Shown here piece by piece: positions 19,203-29,348 of a stretch of DNA of 57,068 bases. The stretch's first letter is position 1, and every line of letters begins with the position of its first letter. The stretch lies in contig JAOZPT010000011.1 in the NCBI GenBank assembly GCA_029932605.1, positions 1 through 57,068 on the forward strand, given 5' to 3'. The translations under genes were made by a program, and so were the position numbers. The notes beneath the pieces are model-generated. The model made no database searches. It had not been told where the DNA came from and saw only the letters and a program-made list of their open reading frames with translations. Source of the DNA: Candidatus Zixiibacteriota bacterium (lineage in GTDB: Bacteria; Zixibacteria; MSB-5A5; UBA10806; 4484-95).

Positions 19203-20495
19203 ATGATCGAGAGATACACACTTTCCCAGATGGGGCAACTGTGGAGCGACGAGAACAAGTTTGCTACATGGCTTGAGGTGGAGATTGCTGTCTGCGAGGC
19301 CTGGGCCAGTTTGGGGAAAATACCGAAATCAGCAGTAACCGCCATAAAGAGAAAAGCCCGGTTCAACACCCGGAGAATCCTTGAGATTGAAGAGGAAACG
19401 AAGCACGATATGATAGCTTTTTTAACCAATGTTGCTGAGTATGTGGGACCTCAGGCGAAATATATCCATTATGGCTTGACCTCTTCTGATATTCTCGATA
19501 TTTCTCTGTCCATAACCATCCAAAAAGCGATTGTTTTAATTAAGAAGAGGTTGGTTAAAGTATCAAAATTGCTTAAGGCAATGGCCAAACGTCATAGTAA
19601 GACTGTTTGTATCGGGCGAACTCATGGGATTCATGCAGAGCCCACCATTTTTGGTTTAAAGTTAGCATTGTGGTACTGTGAGATAAAACGTGGTCTCAAG
19701 CGCCTTGATAGTTGCGCTCGTGGTTTAGCGGTTGGTAAGGTTTCGGGAGCGGTGGGTAATTTCGCCCATGTCGATCCACGGGTGGAACGATATGTCTGTC
19801 GAAAATTCAGGCTATCTCCAGCCAAAGTATCAACCCAGATAATCCAGCGCGACCGTCATGCAGAATTTCTTAATTCGTTGGCTGTTATTGGTGGTTCCCT
19901 TGAGAAAATTGCGACCGAAATAAGGAACCTCCAGCGCACTGAAATCGGCGAACTTGAGGAGGGTTTTGCCAAAAAGCAAAAGGGTTCCTCGGCAATGCCT
20001 CACAAAAAAAATCCAATAACCTGCGAAAGGGTTGTCGGCCTAGCCAGGGTATTACGGGGCAATGCTCTTGCCGGTATGGAAAATCAGGCTCTGTGGCATG
20101 AACGGGACATCACTCACTCCTCAGTTGAGCGGATAATTATCCCCGATTCGTGCATATTGATTGATTATATGCTGTATCTGTTAGAGGGTATTTTGCGTGG
20201 TCTGGTGGTCAATAAAAAGAGGATGTATGTTAATGTATTTACGGGTGGTGGGCTTGTATTTTCGCAAAGGGTTTTACTTGCTTTAACGCTCAAAATGCCC
20301 AGCCGAGAGGAGGCTTATAAACTGGTTCAATCGATGGCTATGAAAGCACACTCCAAAAATTATAGCTTTAAAGAGCTGGTGTGCAACTCATCGGTTGTTA
20401 AGAGATATTTATCAAATGATGAGATTGAAAGCTGTTTTGATGTTAAGTATTATACCCGGAAAGCGGCATTTATCTTAAAACGCGCTTTAGAGTGA
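19203..20495 (+). CDS. purB: Adenylosuccinate lyase
   Basis: MIERY, TKHD, GRTHGIHAEP, GSSAMPHKKNP, LWHERD. Confidence 0.96.
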   Translation: MIERYTLSQMGQLWSDENKFATWLEVEIAVCEAWASLGKIPKSAVTAIKRKARFNTRRILEIEEETKHDMIAFLTNVAEYVGPQAKYIHYGLTSSDILDISLSITIQKAIVLIKKRLVKVSKLLKAMAKRHSKTVCIGRTHGIHAEPTIFGLKLALWYCEIKRGLKRLDSCARGLAVGKVSGAVGNFAHVDPRVERYVCRKFRLSPAKVSTQIIQRDRHAEFLNSLAVIGGSLEKIATEIRNLQRTEIGELEEGFAKKQKGSSAMPHKKNPITCERVVGLARVLRGNALAGMENQALWHERDITHSSVERIIIPDSCILIDYMLYLLEGILRGLVVNKKRMYVNVFTGGGLVFSQRVLLALTLKMPSREEAYKLVQSMAMKAHSKNYSFKELVCNSSVVKRYLSNDEIESCFDVKYYTRKAAFILKRALE

Positions 20496-21115
20496 TGGCA
20501 CGCGAGGGCTTATTATTTTTCCTGCCGTTTATGGTGTTATCGATACTGTTTTTTTACGTATTTAGAAGCCATCCGGATATGCTATACGTTTATCTGGGTA
20601 GCGGTTTTTTTTGTTTTGGTTGTTTGATTATCTTATTTTTCAGGGATCCTGAAAGGAGGATTCCCCAGGGTAATGACCTGATAGTCTCGCCTGCTGATGG
20701 TCGGGTTATTCAGCTAAGAGAAGATAAGCGGCAGGTAATTATTTCTATATTTATGTCGATATTTAATGTCCACATCAACAGGGTACCAGTTTCGGGAATT
20801 GTTGAAAGGATTGAATACAAGCCGGGCAAATTTTTGACCGCTTTTAAAGACAGTGCATCCCGGTTAAATGAGCGCTTTGAAATAGAGATAAGGACAAACA
20901 AAGGTACTGTGGTTTTACACCAGATAGCAGGTGTCGTTGCTCGGCGAGTAGTGTGTCGTTTGAAGAAGGGTCAGGAGGTGCGGGCTGGTGACAGGTTTGG
21001 AATGGTAAGATTTGGAAGCAGGGTTGACCTTTTTCTCCCGCTTTCGGTGGAAATTGAGGTTAAAAAAGGGCAGAAGGTTAAGGGAGGGCAAACATTAATA
21101 GGGAGGATGGTATGA
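20495..21115 (+). CDS. psd: Phosphatidylserine decarboxylase proenzyme
   Basis: FFRDPER, SPADG, NVHINR, FGSRVD cleavage motif. Confidence 0.92.
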   Translation: MAREGLLFFLPFMVLSILFFYVFRSHPDMLYVYLGSGFFCFGCLIILFFRDPERRIPQGNDLIVSPADGRVIQLREDKRQVIISIFMSIFNVHINRVPVSGIVERIEYKPGKFLTAFKDSASRLNERFEIEIRTNKGTVVLHQIAGVVARRVVCRLKKGQEVRAGDRFGMVRFGSRVDLFLPLSVEIEVKKGQKVKGGQTLIGRMV

Positions 21116-21876
21116 ACAGGTACCGTGGCATATTTCCCAGTATTTTCACCATGGGTAACTTGTTTTGTGGGTTTGCCTCAATATTGGTTTCTGTAAAGGG
21201 TGAGAAACCTACCGAAGCTGCCTGGCTAATAATCATTGCTTCCTTTTTTGATTTCCTTGATGGTTTAGTTGCCAGAATTTCACGCAGTGCCTCGCGATTT
21301 GGTATTGAGCTTGATTCCTTAGCTGACATCGTTTCCTTTGCAGTAGCTCCTGCAGTTTTGTTGTATTCGTTTAAGATGATCAATTTTGGCAACATAAGTT
21401 GGATTTTGGGGTTTACTTTCATAATGGCTGGCGCTTACCGGCTGGCCAGATATAACCTTGCTGCTAAACTTGAATCAAAAAGTAATTTTATAGGCTTACC
21501 TTTACCAGCAGCGGCCGTGACTCTGGCCTCATTCGTGATTTTCTGCTATTACTTCTGGGGAGAGATGAAACTCGACCGTTTTTTATCCATTATGATAGTT
21601 CTCTTCTCGGCTTTGATGGTATCGACTATCGAATATGAAGCTATCCCGAAATTTGACCTGTCTACGAGAAAGGACAGAAACAAGATATTTTTACTTATCG
21701 TTGCCGGTTTGGCATTGATGATAAAAACACAACTTGTAATGTTCCCCATTTTAGCTATATATATACTTTCGGGCATAGTGAAATTAATTGTCGGGCTTCT
21801 TGATAGAACAGTGCGTGAGGAACTTACTCGACCGAGGAACCTTTTTAAGAAGAAAAATAAAGATGACGAGGTTTAG
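21112..21876 (+). CDS. pssA: CDP-diacylglycerol--serine O-phosphatidyltransferase
   Basis: DFLDGLVAR...FGIELDSLAD, RLARYN, FIGLP. Confidence 0.92.
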   Translation: MNRYRGIFPSIFTMGNLFCGFASILVSVKGEKPTEAAWLIIIASFFDFLDGLVARISRSASRFGIELDSLADIVSFAVAPAVLLYSFKMINFGNISWILGFTFIMAGAYRLARYNLAAKLESKSNFIGLPLPAAAVTLASFVIFCYYFWGEMKLDRFLSIMIVLFSALMVSTIEYEAIPKFDLSTRKDRNKIFLLIVAGLALMIKTQLVMFPILAIYILSGIVKLIVGLLDRTVREELTRPRNLFKKKNKDDEV

Positions 21877-22128
21877 ATGGCAAAATATACAGTTAAAATT
21901 GAAGTAAGATTCAAACCCGGGGTTTTAGATCCTCAGGGTGAAACTATAAAACATGCTCTTTTCAACCTTGGTTACGATAACGTAGAGTCGGTAAAAACGG
22001 GCAAGCTGTTCTGGGTAGAGCTGGAATCTAACACAGTTGAGAATGCTATTCAAACGGTCCGGCAACTTGCGGACAAACTTTTAGCAAACCCTGTGATTGA
22101 GGATTTTGAGGTCGTGTCTAGAAAATGA
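21877..22128 (+). CDS. purS: FGAM synthase subunit PurS
   Basis: [18 protein letters not shown]. Confidence 0.95.
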   Translation: MAKYTVKIEVRFKPGVLDPQGETIKHALFNLGYDNVESVKTGKLFWVELESNTVENAIQTVRQLADKLLANPVIEDFEVVSRK

Positions 22129-22817
22129 AATTTGGAGTTGTCATCTTTCCTGGGTCAAACTGTGACTTTGACTCTTACCAGGCGATAAAGACGACTGCGG
22201 TGGGAGATGTATGTTATTTATGGCACGGCAGCACTTCGCTCAATGGCTGTAATGTGATAATCCTTCCCGGTGGTTTTTCCTACGGTGATTATCTTCGCTC
22301 AGGAGCGATTGCCAGGTTCTCTCCCATAATGCATGCAGTAGTTGATTTTGCAAAAAAAGGTGGTTTAGTTATTGGTATTTGCAATGGTTTTCAGGTTCTT
22401 CTTGAGGTTGGTTTACTGGTTGGAGCTATGCGTAAGAATCTGGGAATGCGGTTCGTCTGCAAGGATGTTTATCTCAAAGTCGAAAACAACCGGACACGGT
22501 TTACCAGAAAATGTCCGGATGGTAAAGCCTTGCGCATGCCGATAGCTCATGCCGAGGGCAATTATTTTGCTGATGAAGAAACACTTAAAATGCTTCATGA
22601 TGAGAACCGAATTGTTTTCCGATATTGTGATAAGAAGGGCGATATCAATCCAGAGAATAACCCTAACGGAGCTTTGGAGAATATCGCTGGTATAATAAAC
22701 AAAGAGGGTAATGTCTTGGGTATGATGCCACATCCGGAGAGAGCTTGCGAGCGGATTCTTGGTTCTGAGGATGGAAGGTTTATATTCGAATCAATTGTGG
22801 CTGAGAGGGTTGAATGA
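22125..22817 (+). CDS. purQ: FGAM synthase glutaminase subunit
   Basis: [29 protein letters not shown]. Confidence 0.96.
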   Translation: MKFGVVIFPGSNCDFDSYQAIKTTAVGDVCYLWHGSTSLNGCNVIILPGGFSYGDYLRSGAIARFSPIMHAVVDFAKKGGLVIGICNGFQVLLEVGLLVGAMRKNLGMRFVCKDVYLKVENNRTRFTRKCPDGKALRMPIAHAEGNYFADEETLKMLHDENRIVFRYCDKKGDINPENNPNGALENIAGIINKEGNVLGMMPHPERACERILGSEDGRFIFESIVAERVE

Positions 22818-23080
22818 AAAAACGCGAGATCACATTTTTGACAGTAGCTCTAATTTTAGGGGCGGTGATAGGAGGGCTCATTGGAGACATGGTGGGCTCT
22901 TTTTTACCAGAAGGTGCAGTTAAGACGTTGTTTACCAAGTCAATCGAAATAGGGTTTAAACCGTTTACATTGGAGTTATATGCATTAATTTTCACACTTG
23001 GTTTAATGGTTAAAATAAATTTCGTTTCTATTTTGATGATAATATTTGTTATCGTATATTTTAGATGGTGGTATATTTAA
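22814..23080 (+). CDS. Small membrane protein, DUF4321-like
   Basis: Two hydrophobic segments; operon position. Confidence 0.6.
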   Translation: MKKREITFLTVALILGAVIGGLIGDMVGSFLPEGAVKTLFTKSIEIGFKPFTLELYALIFTLGLMVKINFVSILMIIFVIVYFRWWYI

Positions 23081-23092
23081 AGAGAGGACCTT

Positions 23093-23332
23093 ATGGCAGA
23101 TTTTATCCTTATTGGAACTCCTGGCCCGACAGAGCTGATTGTCATTCTGCTTTTGATATTGATTTTATTTGGAGCTAAGAGGATTCCTGAAATCGCCCAG
23201 GGATTGGGTAAAGGTATTCGGGAGTTTAAAAAGTCAGTTCGGGATGTTCAGGACGAGATTGAATCGCCGGAACCGAAGCGGTTGAAAGAGACTAAAGATA
23301 AAGAGAAAAAAGAAGACAGTAAAAATGGCTGA
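23093..23332 (+). CDS. tatA: Twin-arginine translocase TatA/E
   Basis: GPTEL...LFGAKRIPEIAQGLGKGIREFKK. Confidence 0.93.
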   Translation: MADFILIGTPGPTELIVILLLILILFGAKRIPEIAQGLGKGIREFKKSVRDVQDEIESPEPKRLKETKDKEKKEDSKNG

Positions 23333-23798
23333 ATCTAAATCCGGTGAGACCCAGCGTCCGGTTTTTACTGAGAATGATATCAAGGCGATTGCCCGGGTGT
23401 TAAACAATGCTGAAGTATTAAAACTTCAGGATCACTGGCGGATGAAGGTTATCAACGCCCAGGAGAAAAGACATCTTTCGGTAGATATCTATCCAGTCGC
23501 CAGTCTTTCGGAGAAAAAGCAGGGTGCCCTTATAGCGGTTTACGCCCAGAACAGTCACCTTCAACTTCATTGTTGCCGGGGTTTTGTGATATCGGAAGAG
23601 CTTGGTGAGGTCACTTTTGTTGGTGATGCGAACGGTAAATTAAGTGGTCTGGTCGTTGAGAAAGAGGCGGCATGTTCGTTGTATGCTAACGCCGATAAGG
23701 ACCTGCTTTCCGGTGATTTTACAAAACTCGGTGTGGAGGTTATGCTTTCCGGCGTTGCTTTATCTTTAGCTGAGGATATCCTGGAAAAGAAAGAGTAG
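23325..23798 (+). CDS. Hypothetical protein
   Basis: 157-aa ORF overlapping the tatA stop; no family recognised. Confidence 0.7.
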   Translation: MAESKSGETQRPVFTENDIKAIARVLNNAEVLKLQDHWRMKVINAQEKRHLSVDIYPVASLSEKKQGALIAVYAQNSHLQLHCCRGFVISEELGEVTFVGDANGKLSGLVVEKEAACSLYANADKDLLSGDFTKLGVEVMLSGVALSLAEDILEKKE

Positions 23799-23986
23799 TT
23801 GTAAAGCATTCTATTACTTAGCAACCTGAAAATTGCAGACATTAGTATTAGCCATACTGTAAAAAATATTTTTCTGCTTTATGAAACTAATCGTATATAA
23901 ACCGGTGTTCGTATATTAAGAGGATCCGGGGTGTGCTTGCAATGGCTGTTAGAAAAATTAAGATGAAGAAGTTTTTGGCGGGTTAA

Positions 23987-25195
23987 ATGTCTAAGATGGT
24001 ATATTTTGATAGGGTAGCAACAGCCCTTATGGCTAAAGAGGCTGTTAAAGCCATTACGGAGTTTTTGCAGGTTCCCGTTGGTAACCCCTCTGCTCACATC
24101 CATTCTGCCGGAATCACGGCGGCTAAATATATTGATGAGGCAAGGCATAAGGTCGCTGATCTAGTTAACGCCAAGGATAATGAGATATATTTTACCTCTG
24201 GAGCAACCGAATCAAACAATCTGGCCATTAAGGGATACATATCTGGAAAAAATGAAGGCGAGATTATCATTTCCGAGATTGAGCATTATTCTATTTTAGA
24301 CCAGGTAAGAACGCTTTCTTCGTTGGGTTTCGAGATAAAATTTTTAAAGGTTGACAGGTTTGGCATGGTTAACCCTGATGATCTGGGTAAGCTCATTACT
24401 TCTAAAACGGTTTTAGTATCTGTAATGATGGCCAACCCTGAGATAGGCACAATTCAACCTGTAAAAGAGCTTGCAAAAGTATGCGGGCATAAAGGGGTTG
24501 TTTTTCACACTGATGCTACATCTGCTGTGGGTTATATCCCTGTTGATGTCACAGAGCTGGGTGTAAATATGATGACGATATCTTCACAGGTGCTTGGTGG
24601 ACCAATGGGAACCGGTGCCCTATATATTGATAAAAAGACGATTCTCAAACCGATATTTGATGGCGGCAATCAGGAGCGCGGGTACCGCCCGGGAACTGAG
24701 AATGTTGCCGGTATAGTTGGTTTCGGTGCAGCTTGTGAAATGATCAAAACGCGGCTGGCAAACGAATCGGTTAGATTAAAAGAGTTGGGGAATAAACTCT
24801 GGCAGGGTTTAGAAAATAAAGTGGAGCATATCGAATTTACGGGTCATCCCAAACTGAGGTTGCCCGGGCATGTCAGTTTCTGGCATAAGTTCATCGAGGG
24901 AGAATCATTACTTTTACATCTAAATTTAAAGAATGTGATGGCAGCTTCCGGTTCATCGTGTTCATCCAACTTGAAGGGCATTGATGAGCATGACCTGCGT
25001 GGCTCGCATGTTTTAACTGCTGTGGGTGTACCTGAGGAATACTGTACCGGTTCGATCACTTTTAGTCTTGACTATTGTAACACTGTTGACGAGATTATAT
25101 ATGTTTTGGATATTTTACCGGGGATAGTAGAACGGTTAGAGGAAATGTCTCCGGTTTATGCTGATTATATAAAAAAAAGAGAGCAAAATGGGTAA
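23987..25195 (+). CDS. iscS: IscS/NifS-like cysteine desulfurase homologue with the PLP Lys substituted
   Basis: GNPS, FTSGATESNN, NPEIGTIQP, RPGTEN, SGSSCSS; but ISSQVLGGPMG where S(A/G)HK..GPKG is expected. Confidence 0.85.
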   Translation: MSKMVYFDRVATALMAKEAVKAITEFLQVPVGNPSAHIHSAGITAAKYIDEARHKVADLVNAKDNEIYFTSGATESNNLAIKGYISGKNEGEIIISEIEHYSILDQVRTLSSLGFEIKFLKVDRFGMVNPDDLGKLITSKTVLVSVMMANPEIGTIQPVKELAKVCGHKGVVFHTDATSAVGYIPVDVTELGVNMMTISSQVLGGPMGTGALYIDKKTILKPIFDGGNQERGYRPGTENVAGIVGFGAACEMIKTRLANESVRLKELGNKLWQGLENKVEHIEFTGHPKLRLPGHVSFWHKFIEGESLLLHLNLKNVMAASGSSCSSNLKGIDEHDLRGSHVLTAVGVPEEYCTGSITFSLDYCNTVDEIIYVLDILPGIVERLEEMSPVYADYIKKREQNG

Positions 25196-25574
25196 AGAAT
25201 ATCCCTATTCAGAGAAAGTAATGGATCATTTCATGAATCCCCGTAATATGGGTGAGATAGAGGATGCTACGGTAGTTGCCGATGTTGGCAATCCTACCTG
25301 TGGGGATCTGATGAGACTATATTTAAAAATAGAAGGTGAAGTTATTGTTGATGCCAAGTTCAAGACATTTGGTTGTGGAGCTGCTATCGCCTCATCCTCG
25401 ATATTGACCGAGATGTTGAAAGGCAGGAAAATCAAGGACGCATTGAAAATATCCAATGAGGCAGTAGCTGAGGCTTTGGGCGGTCTGCCGAAAGTGAAGC
25501 GTCACTGTTCAATAATGGCCGAGGAAGCTTTAAAGAAGGCATTAGAGAACTGGAAGGAAAAGGAAAAGAGTTAA
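25188..25574 (+). CDS. iscU: Fe-S cluster scaffold IscU/NifU-N
   Basis: YSEKVMDHF.NPRN, GNPTCGD, FGCGAAIAS, LPKVKRHCS. Confidence 0.95.
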   Translation: MGKEYPYSEKVMDHFMNPRNMGEIEDATVVADVGNPTCGDLMRLYLKIEGEVIVDAKFKTFGCGAAIASSSILTEMLKGRKIKDALKISNEAVAEALGGLPKVKRHCSIMAEEALKKALENWKEKEKS

Positions 25575-25641
25575 TTAGTTATATTATTTCCACTTATGGA
25601 CTTTTAACAAACGGGGTTGTAAAGTTTGGTTATTATTAGTT

Positions 25642-26751
25642 TTGGAGATACAATTGGATCATAAACTAGCCATCCTTCCCGATGAATATCGCACAGCCAG
25701 TGAGGATGAATTAAGGAAACGGATAATAGCCCGAAAAAAACAACTTGGTGAAAAGCTTGTTATTTTAACTCATCATTACCAGCGCTTGGAGATAGTCGAT
25801 TTCAATGATTTTGTGGGTGATTCTTATGGTCTGTCCGAAGCGGCATCACGGCAGGAGAAAGCAGAGTACATAGTTTTTTGTGGTGTTCGTTTTATGGCTG
25901 AGGCGGCTGATATTCTCAGCGATGATAACAAGAAAGTATACCTTGCCAATCCAACCGCCGGTTGTCCTATGGCCAATATGGCTGGTGTCGAGGAAGTCCA
26001 AGAATCCTGGGATTACCTTGAATCGGTTCTCGGCCCCGGAAAGATTATTCCCTTATCATACATTAATTCCCTGGCCACATTAAAGGCATTCTGCGGACGG
26101 CATGGTGGTCTGATATGTACGTCATCAAACGCCAGCACCGCTTTTGATTATTGTTTTGCCAAAAAAAAGAAGCTGTTCTTTTTCCCCGATCAATATCTGG
26201 GAAGAAACACCGCCAACAGAAAGGGTATCCCCAAAGATAAAATCGTAATGTATAACCCGAACTTGAAAAACGGTGGACTTGACCCGGAAAGTATCGAGCG
26301 GGCTGATGTTATACTCTGGTATGGATATTGCCATGTTCATACTAATTTCAAACCGGAGCATGTAGCAGATGTCAGAAAAAAATACCCCGATGTTAAAGTA
26401 GTGGTTCATCCTGAATGTCGTGAGGAGGTTGTCAATTTAGCAGATTCAGTGGGTTCAACCTCTCATATCGTAAAGTATGTCGAAAAGGCTCCCTCCGGTT
26501 CGACGATTGCTATCGGCACCGAGCTTAACCTGATTTACCGCCTGGCGATTACTCATCCCGATAAAAAGGTGGTTAATTTGGCCGGTAAGATGTGTGTGGT
26601 ATGCCCCAATATGTTCAGGACCTCTTTGCATGATTTATGCTTTACACTTGAGAATTTTGATGAATCAGGTCTGGTAAAAGTTCCCGATGACATTTCCCGT
26701 GACGCTTTTGTAGCCTTAGAGCGAATGCTTGAGGTGGGGACTGAGGATTAA
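25642..26751 (+). CDS. nadA: Quinolinate synthase
   Basis: HHYQ, GDSY, FCGVRFMAE, AGCPMA, YINS, CTSSNA, CHVH, HPEC, CPNM. Confidence 0.94.
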   Translation: MEIQLDHKLAILPDEYRTASEDELRKRIIARKKQLGEKLVILTHHYQRLEIVDFNDFVGDSYGLSEAASRQEKAEYIVFCGVRFMAEAADILSDDNKKVYLANPTAGCPMANMAGVEEVQESWDYLESVLGPGKIIPLSYINSLATLKAFCGRHGGLICTSSNASTAFDYCFAKKKKLFFFPDQYLGRNTANRKGIPKDKIVMYNPNLKNGGLDPESIERADVILWYGYCHVHTNFKPEHVADVRKKYPDVKVVVHPECREEVVNLADSVGSTSHIVKYVEKAPSGSTIAIGTELNLIYRLAITHPDKKVVNLAGKMCVVCPNMFRTSLHDLCFTLENFDESGLVKVPDDISRDAFVALERMLEVGTED

Positions 26752-26899
26752 TACTCGTATAATCAAATAAAGCAAAAAACCGGTTGTATGCGCTACTAGT
26801 TGATTTGAGCACCAGGACTGGTCAAAGGCGATTGTTCAATTAAATATTTAAACAATTAAGTGTCTGTTGCTTTAAGAACATTTTTTTAAGGGTAATAAA

Positions 26900-27427
26900 A
26901 TGAATGGATTTCATGGTGTGTTTTTAGAGCGAGATGATCCTGATAATGCGGAATGGTATGAAATATATAATAAGTCGGTAGAATTAGTTGAACGTATGGA
27001 TAAGATTCACATAGGATTGAAATCTGTAAGAATCCCGAAAATATTTCCAAAAAAATTTCGGAAAGACTTGAAAGAGGCGCAAAAAGATTTCCCTGCACTT
27101 GTTCCTGATTTTAACGATTGGTGGAATAAAGCGATAAATTTTACTGAACTTCCGCATATTTCGGTTACAGCAAGAAAGGACAGTTAACTTGATAAAGGCA
27201 TTGGCTGCTTGCATTTCCTTTCAGTAATTGTCAATCGCATAACAATATTGGAATCGAAGATGAACAATATGACTAGAGATTTCTATCAATACGGACTTAT
27301 GCTAAAACACAAGGAATCAAACTTTAAATCTATATTATTCTTTTCAATTAGCACATTTATCGCTTTAGTATTAGCGATTATAAGTATTGCCCTTTCTCTA
27401 TTTTCAGATGGGCAAGTACTTAATTAA
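26900..27427 (+). pseudogene. Hypothetical membrane-anchored protein interrupted by one in-frame TAA (27185-27187)
   Basis: ORFs 26900-27187 and 27209-27427 share a frame, with only one stop between them; C-terminal TM helix. Confidence 0.45.
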
Positions 27428-27483
27428 ATAACATGTTATATTTTCCGTTTCTATGTTGCCTTTCATGTATTTCATACTAATTA

Positions 27484-27599
27484 TGTCACCCCTGCGAAAG
27501 CAGGGGTCTATAGTTGATTCACCTTTATTCATTGATGTTTTTATTTTTCTATCGGGTTAACGAAAAGCGTTCTGGATTCCCGCCTCTGCGGGAATGACA
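27484..27599. repeat. Inverted pair of YGTC-tagged palindromic repeats (REP/RPE/dRS3-like)
   Basis: TGTCACCCCTGCGAAAGCAGGGGTCTA (27484-27510) and TGGATTCCCGCCTCTGCGGGAATGACA (27573-27599; revcomp TGTCATTCCCGCAGAGGCGGGAATCCA). Confidence 0.75.
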
Positions 27600-27638
27600 A
27601 TAATAAAAGGGCTAACCAACCCATCGGTTTGGCTAAGC

Positions 27639-28766
27639 TTACAAACCGTTAATATTTATTTTCCTTTTCCTTAACTCTTCAATAAACTTGTCAGCCGGCA
27701 CGCAACGTTCCTGAGGGTTTACGCCCATTTTGGTGATTTGACCACGTGCCTGCATCTGTGAGATGATCGCCGCTGGAAAAGCGGTTGTGCGCATCATCGC
27801 TGTTAAGGGAGGATTTTTCGTTGCTTTATCTATGATTGTCAATTCGTGGCATTTTGAACCTCCTTCAAAGATGATTTTTACGAGTGTTACATCATCGTCA
27901 CAAAGTGGTATATTCTTTTCGAACATGGCTGATGTCATCTGGCGAGGTTTGACATTTTTTGAATTGACTTTTATAAGTTCATTCGAGAAAAATCCCAGTT
28001 CGAGCAAAACCTTTAAAGCATGGCAATGCCCGGGATAGCGGATTGTTTTATAGTCGAGGTTTTTCAGACGGTTTTTGTATGTTTCAACCAACGTTGAAGT
28101 ACCCCCGGAGGTTGTGAAAGCTTCAAGCACTCCATGGGGAGCGGGAAATTCAACCGTTTCAAGTTCCGTTAATGGTTTTATTATCTGAATCCTGCCATCT
28201 CTTAAGACTCGCACCGGTTCGGTATATTCGTTGATCAATCCCTCAACAGAGAAAAGACGACCATAGTTTAGTATTCCGGTTGGTTTATTCGGCAGCCCGC
28301 CAACACGTATTTTGATGGTGTCGACCCAGTCGAATTTCTCCACTCCCCATTTTACAAGCACCGAGACCATTCCTGGAGCAAGACCGCAATCGGGTATAAT
28401 TGAGATTTCGGCTTTTTCAGCCATTTTATTCATGGTTAGCTGTTCGTCTACTACGGTGTTGTTACCTCCCAGGTCACACATGTGGGTTTTGGTCTCTATG
28501 GCCACTTTGGTAAACGCAATATTGTATCCATAATGGATAGCGGCTACAAATGCGTCGACATCTTTTACGATATTTATTACCTGATCTAACTTCTCGGCAT
28601 TGAGTAACTCGGTGTGTAAACGGCTGTCATCAAGAAAACTTGAGGCCTCTTCTAAGGCGTTTGGTTTTACATCGGCAAGAAAAACCTCAACCGTGTCATC
28701 CTGATTTAAGAGGTCATATGCGACAGCTTTGCCCATCAGACCTGCGCCAAGAACCAGGTATTTCAT
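27639..28766 (-). CDS. Saccharopine dehydrogenase / lysine 6-dehydrogenase family
   Basis: VLGAGLMG Rossmann motif, CDLGG, DCGLAPG, VGGLP, GLINEY, KTIRYPGH. Confidence 0.88.
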   Translation of the reverse strand: MKYLVLGAGLMGKAVAYDLLNQDDTVEVFLADVKPNALEEASSFLDDSRLHTELLNAEKLDQVINIVKDVDAFVAAIHYGYNIAFTKVAIETKTHMCDLGGNNTVVDEQLTMNKMAEKAEISIIPDCGLAPGMVSVLVKWGVEKFDWVDTIKIRVGGLPNKPTGILNYGRLFSVEGLINEYTEPVRVLRDGRIQIIKPLTELETVEFPAPHGVLEAFTTSGGTSTLVETYKNRLKNLDYKTIRYPGHCHALKVLLELGFFSNELIKVNSKNVKPRQMTSAMFEKNIPLCDDDVTLVKIIFEGGSKCHELTIIDKATKNPPLTAMMRTTAFPAAIISQMQARGQITKMGVNPQERCVPADKFIEELRKRKININGL

Positions 28767-28768
28767 AT

Positions 28769-29305
28769 TTAAAAAATATCCTTTGTTGGTTTATCAAGGT
28801 TTTGGGTTTGTCGTTTTTGAATTTTCTTAAACCGTCCATCCGATTTGTAAGTTTTGGAATTATTTGCAATTTCAGAAAGCCAGCCTACCTTATCTGTTTT
28901 ATAAACATCGAATGTGGGGACATATGGTTTGATATCCAATAGAGGGGTACCATCGACGATATCGACATTTTCAATATGAAGAATGTTGTTTTCGATATCG
29001 ACAAGTTTGACTACCGATAGGCCGATTGAGTTGGGGCGATTGGGGGCTCTGGTGGCAAATACGCCATGATGCTTCTCTTCTAAGAAAGGTTTAACCACAA
29101 GAGAGTAGCCGTTTGAAAGGTGAAAATGGTAGATAAGGATGATATGTGAAAATCCCTCAATATCTTTTAGGCCGGCAACATAATTCGGGTTTATTTCCAC
29201 CGTTCCTTTTACCCCGGTGGCGCCTGATGGTTGGATCGGCATTTTCTTAGAATCTTTAAATGGAGAACGGATTATTCCGATAGGTTGGTATTTTATTGTC
29301 TCCAC
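28769..29305 (-). CDS. trmO: tRNA (t6A37)-N6-methyltransferase TrmO (TsaA)
   Basis: PIGIIRSPF, GFSHI, GVFATRAPNRPNSIGLS, DGTPLLDIKPY. Confidence 0.9.
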   Translation of the reverse strand: METIKYQPIGIIRSPFKDSKKMPIQPSGATGVKGTVEINPNYVAGLKDIEGFSHIILIYHFHLSNGYSLVVKPFLEEKHHGVFATRAPNRPNSIGLSVVKLVDIENNILHIENVDIVDGTPLLDIKPYVPTFDVYKTDKVGWLSEIANNSKTYKSDGRFKKIQKRQTQNLDKPTKDIF

Positions 29306-29348
29306 GTTAAAGCTCCTTTATTTTATTTGCGGGTAATGAAGATGACGG

